DNA of 52,165 bases, the filler included, from Dirinaria sp. TL-2023a (lineage: Eukaryota): the NCBI GenBank assembly GCA_051941275.1. It is 3 parts of 3 records of this genome, joined end to end, with 100 filler letters (N's around TTAATTAATTAA, not from the genome) between each part and the next. Parts side by side here need not be neighbours in the genome. Positions count along the whole stretch, not along the records: positions 34,870 to 52,165 come from JAVEBF010000437.1; 2 more parts are not named here. One strand, given 5' to 3'. The translations under genes and the position numbers were made by a program. Below, one piece after another: positions 45,349-52,165 of this stretch (positions are counted from its first letter, which is position 1; each line of letters opens with the position of its first letter). Below the pieces are notes generated by a model. That model ran no database searches, was not told the origin of the DNA, and was given only the letters and a program-made list of their open reading frames with translations.

Positions 45349-48300
45349 ATGCCGTCGAAGAAAACGAAGAAAAAGGCCGCTGGCAATGTCAACCGTGGAT
45401 TTGCGACACAATCGATTGCTTCGAAGTCTAAGAACTCGGATTCGTTAGCAATAGAATCTCCAAAAACACAACAACCAGAGCTTGTAAACCCTGCTTCAGA
45501 TGCTTCGAAAACTGGAGCCAACGAAAGACCGCTTGCACAACGAGCTACGGTTTGCGAACTCAATCCAGAGGAACTAGAATCACATCTTGAGGAAGCCGAG
45601 CTACAAATATTACTTGAAAAGCATCGTGATAAAGTCACAAAGGATGCTACTCGCCAAGTTAGTCGGCTTCTTACGGAGAAGAGGCTCCTCAGACCTCAAG
45701 CTGATGGATTGATCGTTGACTCATGGTTACCGGACGACTTAATGCAAAATGTTCAATCTTGCCTCAATGACCTTTCCAGCCGCGCTGGACCTGACAGTGC
45801 TTCTAAACCAGGTATCGCACGTGAAGATATAATTATTCCCAGATTATGGGCTCTGGAGAAAGTCCTTCTTGCGTTAGATTTCACAAAGGATAGAGCACAC
45901 GAGGCACTCCACTACATTCTTCATCTGAAGGACAATATGATAAGCGACCAGAGTTCAATATGGGGTCTTGAGGAGTGTTTGGAATGGCTTGCAGCATCTA
46001 CTGATACTACGGGGTTTTCCAATTACGATACCAGACCCACCAACCATCAAGGAGGCAGCGATAGTAACTCCATATTGGAGGAAGGCAATACAGGTATGTT
46101 GACGCGGTCCCTTCTGGATCAGCGTGATTTCTGAAACCCTTCATACGTACGTACAATGGTTAGGTAGCCCAATTCATCGGGCCTAGAAGTCACCGCATTG
46201 GAGCTTTCAATGCTGTTATCTATCCAATGGGCGTTCATAGATGAATTTATCGTCACTCAAATCTTAGCTTAATAGCTCAGGTGTGGTACTGACTGTAGAA
46301 CATAATAGAGGATGCTGGATCAATACGTACTACAAGGAACTCAGCCACGTCTCATGACTTGGAAGGATTTGAAGAACAGGCCGAGGATACGGAGGACAAA
46401 TCTGAATCGCCTAGTGACGAATCGGACGACGCTGATGATCCCGATACAATGCTGGACCGTTACCTGGCTCTCCAATCTAAACTGTTTACAGTACGGCCCG
46501 ATCTCACAGAAGCTATCGTGAGAAATGCCTCCAGCAAGGGTGGAAATTCCCCTACTATCTTGCAGAAAGCAGACCGAGCAGACCCCAGCGTTAAGAGGCT
46601 GGTTCGAAAGATCTCTAAACTCGAAGCCGATATACTATTCGACCACGAAGAAGCGCGTTCGAAATGGACGGAGACTAGGATCCAGCTGAACAAAGAATCG
46701 GCTGAGCGTAGGAAACTCCGATTAGATGACAATGCTGGCGCACAAAGTCAACGAGCTTATAGTTCAAGAATGGTCAGAGGTAGAGCGTCTGGAACAGAAG
46801 GTGTGGATGAAGAAGGCGCAGAGGGTGAAGATGTAACGGAGTCGCTGGCAGATCTCTTTGTCTCTAATCCTGAAGAGCTTCCTGATCACGGTTCTGTTGA
46901 ATCACAAGAAACATCAGCCACTAGTAGCACCATCATATTGAGGGATTTTGGCAATTCTACAGGTGTGAAGCCACGCAAGCTTTTAGAAGAAGCTTGCAAA
47001 GCAAGAGATTCCATGTCGAAGGTAGTTTTCGAGCACTTGAGCGCTGCCTTGAATCACTCATGTCGCAGCTCGCTGTCTGTAAAATGGTCTCTGGACCAAC
47101 TTATGCCTTTATCATCGCCTACGGATACTGTGACGTGCTCGTCAAGTTCTCGCTCAATGACCATCGCAATGAAGACAGTTTCTTGCCCGAGTCTAGACCA
47201 GGCAGATTCTTATGTCGCTACTGTCGCACTCTATCTTTTGTTCTCTCACTCGAAGGAATCAAACGTAAATTTAAGGCTGCCCTCCGCTTGGAAGGATATA
47301 TGGATTGAACTTTCCATGCAGAAGCAAGAGCTTGACGATAAGAAAGCCATGGATGATCTACGCGATATTCGGAAGCTCGTGTCCGATATTCAGAGTCCTC
47401 CGGACGACAATGGAGCAGCGTCTTTTTCAGGGAAGGCCAATGTGGTGCTGCCGGCTTACAACGATCGTTTAAGTGAAGAGAAGCCTCGGCGAGCTTTTGA
47501 TGCATCCGAGCACATTAAAAAGATCTGGTTATCCAAGACATCTACCACATCTTTCCACCACATGTTGGCCTCACGCAAAGCTCTACCGATATGGAATTTC
47601 AAGAGTGAACTTCTTCAAAGTCTGGAAGAAAACCAGGCTGTGATTGTCTGTGGCGAAACAGGATGCGGCAAGAGCACACAGTTCCCGTCCTTCATACTGG
47701 AACAGCAAATGTTAAATGAACAACCATGTAAAATATACTGTGCACAACCTCGAAGAATCAGCGCCATCAGTCTTGCACGAAGAGTTAGTGAAGAACTCGG
47801 CGAAAAGAGAGAAGATCTCGGGACCTCAAGGTCTTTGGTTGGCTATGCGATACGGTTAGAGACTAGACAAACTGCTGAAACAAGGCTGATATATGCTACG
47901 ACTGGAGTCATTCTTCGCTTGCTTGAGCGTTCGGGTTTGGACGACGTGACACACTTGGTTCTGGATGAAGTCCATGAGAGGACCATTGACAATGACTTTC
48001 TGCTTATAATTTTAAGGATAGTCATGGCTCGTCGTCCGACACTCAAAGTAGTGCTAATGTCAGCCACCGTGAATGCTCAGAAGTTCGCCGCTTATTTCGG
48101 TGGAATACCGATTGTGACCGTACCAGGCCGCACATATCCAGTACAAACCGCATATCTGGAAGACACGATTGAAATAACGAATTACACTATGGACCTAGAC
48201 GATTCCAATAAATCTGCTCGGTTCGAAGATTCTTATGACGAAGACGAGGAGACAAACACTCCATCCCAGATCAAGGCCCACGTACCCAGCAGTAGAAGCT

Positions 48301-50201
48301 ACAGTGCAAAGACGCTTGAAACGGTAGCTAGATTCAATGAGTATCGCATCGATTTCAACCTCATCGTCAAACTTCTCGAGACTATCGCTACCAGTCCGAC
48401 CTATGCAAGCTACAGCAAAGCAATTCTAGTTTTCTTGCCTGGATTAGCGGAGATTCGGCGAGTGAGCGACATACTCATGAGACACTCCGAATTTATGACT
48501 GGATGGTTCATATTCCCACTGCATTCCACTGTTGCAATGGAGGAGCAAGAACGGGCCTTTAGTATCCCTCCGGTGGGCGTTCGTAAGATCATACTCTCCA
48601 CCAATATTGCTGAGACAGGTATCACCGTCCCTGATGTTACATGTGTGATTGATACTGGAAAACATCGGGAGATGCGATTCGATGAGAGACGTCAACTTTC
48701 CAGGCTGATCAATACCTTTATCTCTCGAGCGAACGCGAAGCAACGGCGTGGGCGTGCAGGGAGAGTTCAGAACGGATTATGTTTTCACCTTTTCACGAAA
48801 GCTCGCCATGACACCGTAGTGAGTCTAAGCGGATATTGAACATTTGCTGTTTGCTTGGTCTAACTCTATTTACAGATGTTGGAGGAGCAGACGCCGGAGA
48901 TGCTCCGCCTTTCTTTGCAAGAACTTGTGCTGAGAGTGAAAATCTGTAAACTTGGTAATATCGGGGAGACCTTAGCGCAAGCCTTGGATCCGCCGTCGCC
49001 CAAAGCGGTCCAGCGTTCGATCAGCGCACTCATAGATGTCAAGGCTCTTACTACCTCAGAGGATCTCACAGCTCTTGGCCGGCGGCTCGCGCAGTTGCCT
49101 CTGGATGTCTTCTTAGGAAAGTTGATCCTATTCGGAAGTATATATCGCTGTCTAGATGGTGCCCTTAGCATCGCTGCCATTCTCTCTTCGAGGTCTCCTT
49201 TTTCGGCACCGATAGGGCTGCGGTCTAAGGCTGAGCAAGCACGGCTGGCTTTCAAGCGGGCAGAGTCTGACTTGCTGACTACCTACAACGCCTACAGCGC
49301 CTGGAAGCGTGTCTGTGATCGGAACGGTGTTTTGGAACAGCAGTTCTGCCGCAAGAACTTCTTGAGTCAACAGACACTTTCCAACATCGAGGAGCTTAAG
49401 GCACAGCTTGCAGCATGCTTGGTCGAAGCAGGGTACGTGAAGATGACCGAAAGCGAGCATACTGCTCTGAATAGGTAAACGCCCAGTGAACCGATCTCCA
49501 TACACAAGCCTAATGGCTGGCAGGGTACGATCCAGCTCCAAGCATCGTCATTTTGTGAAACTGCCGGAGCTTTACAACACTAACAATGACAATGATCTAA
49601 TCCTAAACTCGGTCATTTGTTGGGCCTTCTATCCCAGATTACTGAAGCGAGAGGGCAAGGGCTGGAGAAATGTTGCGAATAACCAGATAGTCAGCCTCCA
49701 TCCTACCTCCGTAAATAAAGGCGTTGGGGCCTCGACTCAATGGTTATCGTTCTACCACATCATGCAATCGAGTAGCAAGTACGAAGGCTTCTTCTGTGAT
49801 TCTGGTAAAGCTCCTAACCGTTACTACAGGTTCTATAACGCCCACGAGACGAACGCAGTGGAGGCACTAGCCATTGCTCTTGCTTGTGGTGACGCCGAAT
49901 TTAAGGTTCGTTGAATCCGCTTCTCTCCAACACCACCCAGCATTTTCTAACTTTTATAACCATGTAGATGTATTCGGGAGTCATCGTCCTCGATGGAAGT
50001 CGTGTCCGCTTTCGTGTCGACAGCTGGAAGGAAATGGTGGCGCTCAAGTTCCTTCGCCGGACTTTAAAGGATATAATGACACAAGCCTTCCGTAATCCAG
50101 GGCGTGCTCTGAGCACAGAGCAGCAGAGATGGTTCGATGTCTGGCAGCAGATGTTTTCGCGAAAGGTGCAGCAAGGAGAAGGCGTCTCGCTGCAAGCTTG
50201 A
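45349..50201 (+). CDS. DEAH/RHA ATP-dependent RNA helicase, DHX29/DHX57-like, ~1472 aa; exons 45349-46093, 46309-48818, 48876-49474, 49524-49778, 49830-49905, 49968-50201
   Basis: Motifs GETGCGKSTQ, QPRRISA, DEVHER, MSAT, FLPG, STNIAETGIT, QRRGRAGR, plus HA2 (LTALGRRLAQLPLD) and OB-fold regions. The N-terminus MPSKKTKKK..NRGFATQS resembles fungal DHX29-like proteins. Five GT-AG introns give 4419 nt in frame. Confidence 0.92.
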
Positions 50202-50563
50202 GAGAGTGGGATAGAAATGTACCCAGCTCTTGTCCGATTGGAATTCGAACCTCGAGAGGGAATTTGGCAGTGGAACGGCACCGGAGAAGAAGGCCAACCT
50301 TATACAGTGTAAGCGATCAAAATTTATGATCTTCTTCGCAAGGCCATCGAAGTGAAGGTATCAGAGAAAGGAGCGTGAATATGCTGTAAGAACAGTATTT
50401 TAGCCGATAGTGGGCGAGGAAGCGGGTTTTAGCGGGTTTGTATCCCTTCAAATTCACTATGGAGGTTAAGCCAAGGCACCGCTCGAAGTCGAGGCTAGCA
50501 GCTCTGAGCACTCCAGGTTCACGCTAGGTCTTCTGCTTCTGGGTCCTCCCTGACTTGCCAACC

Positions 50564-51868
50564 ATGAGTGCTCTTCAGTCATCGAGCTTGGAGCAGCTGT
50601 TGTGCGGAAATGGAAAATCCGAGACCGCGTCATTTCCCCGAGGACATGCCCCAAACAACACTACACTACCTGCCATGCTAGTCCTCCAGCTCTTATCCAT
50701 ACGATGCTTACTCATTTTACGACTTGTCAGTAAGACCACAAAGGCATGGGTCGAGTTCTGTCGACCATCTCTCCTAACGTCCTTGAGCATCTCGTTCCCC
50801 CCCTATTCGATCCCAATAGAATCTCACAGAGCACTCCATGAGCTTGCTCAAAATGTTTGGCAGCTTAAAATCACGATTCTTGCCTCCGTAGCAAGCGGGG
50901 AGCCACCACCACCACCACCATCATTAAATAGCCTCGCCCTTCCAAGCCTACCGTCGCTGACGAAACTCAAGATCGTGGCTCGCACAGATGATCAGTTCGA
51001 ACCGCTTATTGCCTTCCGCCGAATTCTACAGGCGCTCGACCTTCCTATCTTAGACTCCCTCGTCATCGAAGACATATCAATACAAGGTATCGTTGCAATG
51101 CGCTGGGGTCCATTTTGCTCCATATCCAGCGAAGGCAGCAGAGACGCTTCCATGTGGCAGAGAATCACAAACCTCTCCTTGACCGTCACACCGTGGTGGA
51201 AAGCGCCAAAGGCCAGCCAGGACGGCGCGGAGACCAGCAACAATACCCCACATGCACACCTCAACACCGAAGAAAAAGCGGGTTTCAAGATTTTACATGA
51301 CTGGCTCAGCTCCTTCTCCTCCAACACACTGGAACGCCTTCGCTTTGCATGGGTCGGGCTAGATGAAGGGCCCAACCCACTTCTACTGGATCAATTCGCG
51401 GCAAAGAGCGGACGAAGCAAACCATGGCTGAGCGCTCCGGGTATACGATGGCGGCATCTGACAGAGGTGCGGTTCAACGGTGTAGAGATTCTAGACGAAC
51501 AGATACAAGAGATCGAGAAAAGAGCGACAGGTCTAAAGAGATTATTGGTCGAGACGGCATGGACGGAAGCGGAAGTCGAGCAAGGGCTGGCGCCGGCCGA
51601 TAAAGAGGAATGGGTCGAAGATGTCTTGAATATCGATGAAGCCAATGACGACGAGAACGTGGACTTGACGGATTTCTTGGAACCTTTCAGCTTGGCGTCT
51701 ATATATGGCAAAGTGCCGATGATGGGGAAACTGACGAGCATAGAGAAGAAAACTGTGAACGAGGAGGCTAATGAGTATGACCGGATCGCGGGCAGCCTCA
51801 GCCACGTCGGGAGTTTTGTGACGGATTGGTCCAACACAAGTACCTATCCGGATCCATTCACTTCTTGA
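50564..51868 (+). CDS. Hypothetical protein (~434 aa), possible degenerate F-box followed by LRR-like repeats
   Basis: Long intronless ORF from accATG at 50564. LPAMLVLQLLSIRCLLILRLVSKTTKAWV is F-box-like. LxxLxI-type repeats occur (LPSLTKLKI, LPILDSLVI, ITNLSL, LERLRF, LTEVRF, LKRLLV), followed by an acidic tail. Confidence 0.65.
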   Translation: MSALQSSSLEQLLCGNGKSETASFPRGHAPNNTTLPAMLVLQLLSIRCLLILRLVSKTTKAWVEFCRPSLLTSLSISFPPYSIPIESHRALHELAQNVWQLKITILASVASGEPPPPPPSLNSLALPSLPSLTKLKIVARTDDQFEPLIAFRRILQALDLPILDSLVIEDISIQGIVAMRWGPFCSISSEGSRDASMWQRITNLSLTVTPWWKAPKASQDGAETSNNTPHAHLNTEEKAGFKILHDWLSSFSSNTLERLRFAWVGLDEGPNPLLLDQFAAKSGRSKPWLSAPGIRWRHLTEVRFNGVEILDEQIQEIEKRATGLKRLLVETAWTEAEVEQGLAPADKEEWVEDVLNIDEANDDENVDLTDFLEPFSLASIYGKVPMMGKLTSIEKKTVNEEANEYDRIAGSLSHVGSFVTDWSNTSTYPDPFTS

Positions 51869-52165
51869 ATTCCGTTAAATACCTTTTGGCACTATATAGA
51901 AATTTCAGATAGTTGACAGTGTAGCAAACATGAGCTTGGATTTTTGGCAAATGCAAGCCCCTTCGCCTTGTTGGCAGGGATCTGCGGTATAGGTATACCC
52001 CCACGGGAGCCCCAGTCAGCAGGCACTCGTTTTTCAAAGGCACCTGCCCAAGCAAGCCGATTCATGCCCATAATCTCCTACTACCAAAACAAAGGGTGGT
52101 CCGCCATAGATAAGCCAGGGTTTGCCCTACAGTAAGGTCCTCTACTCCAGCAGGAAACACTGCCA

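Noticed and set aside
1..52165. tRNA, rRNA, CRISPR arrays, intact transposons
   Set aside because: None recognised by eye. A tRNAscan-SE/Infernal/RepeatMasker run would be needed to exclude small or degenerate ones.

Overview
Eukaryotic, intron-containing genomic DNA from a filamentous ascomycete (Pezizomycotina), judged from short GT-AG introns with CTRAC/CTAAT branch sites and from fungal-type proteins. The window is three contigs joined by two artificial 100-nt spacers (N44-TTAATTAATTAA-N44 at 17341-17440 and 34770-34869), so adjacency across the spacers is unproven. Segment 1 (1-17340) holds conserved genes: a Zn2Cys6 transcription factor, a LicD-family protein with micro-exons, UGP1, Spa2 and an FCY2-type permease truncated at the gap. 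Segment 2 (17441-34769) looks accessory. It has a pseudogene with two in-frame TGA codons, a ~1358-aa CHAT (caspase-like) protease with an intact His/Cys dyad, a 296-aa uncharacterised beta-rich protein head-to-head with it, a membrane-anchored RlpA/DPBB protein, and a PD-(D/E)xK-like orphan. Segment 3 (34870-52165) has RPL19 (truncated), an SRPBCC protein, GCN1 head-to-head with a DHX29-like DEAH helicase, and a hypothetical protein. The best novelty candidate is the CHAT protease plus its divergent partner. This may be a protease-activated cell-death/immune module that resembles fungal gasdermin-protease clusters in layout but uses a non-gasdermin effector. All exon coordinates were read by eye from splice signals; no searches were run.
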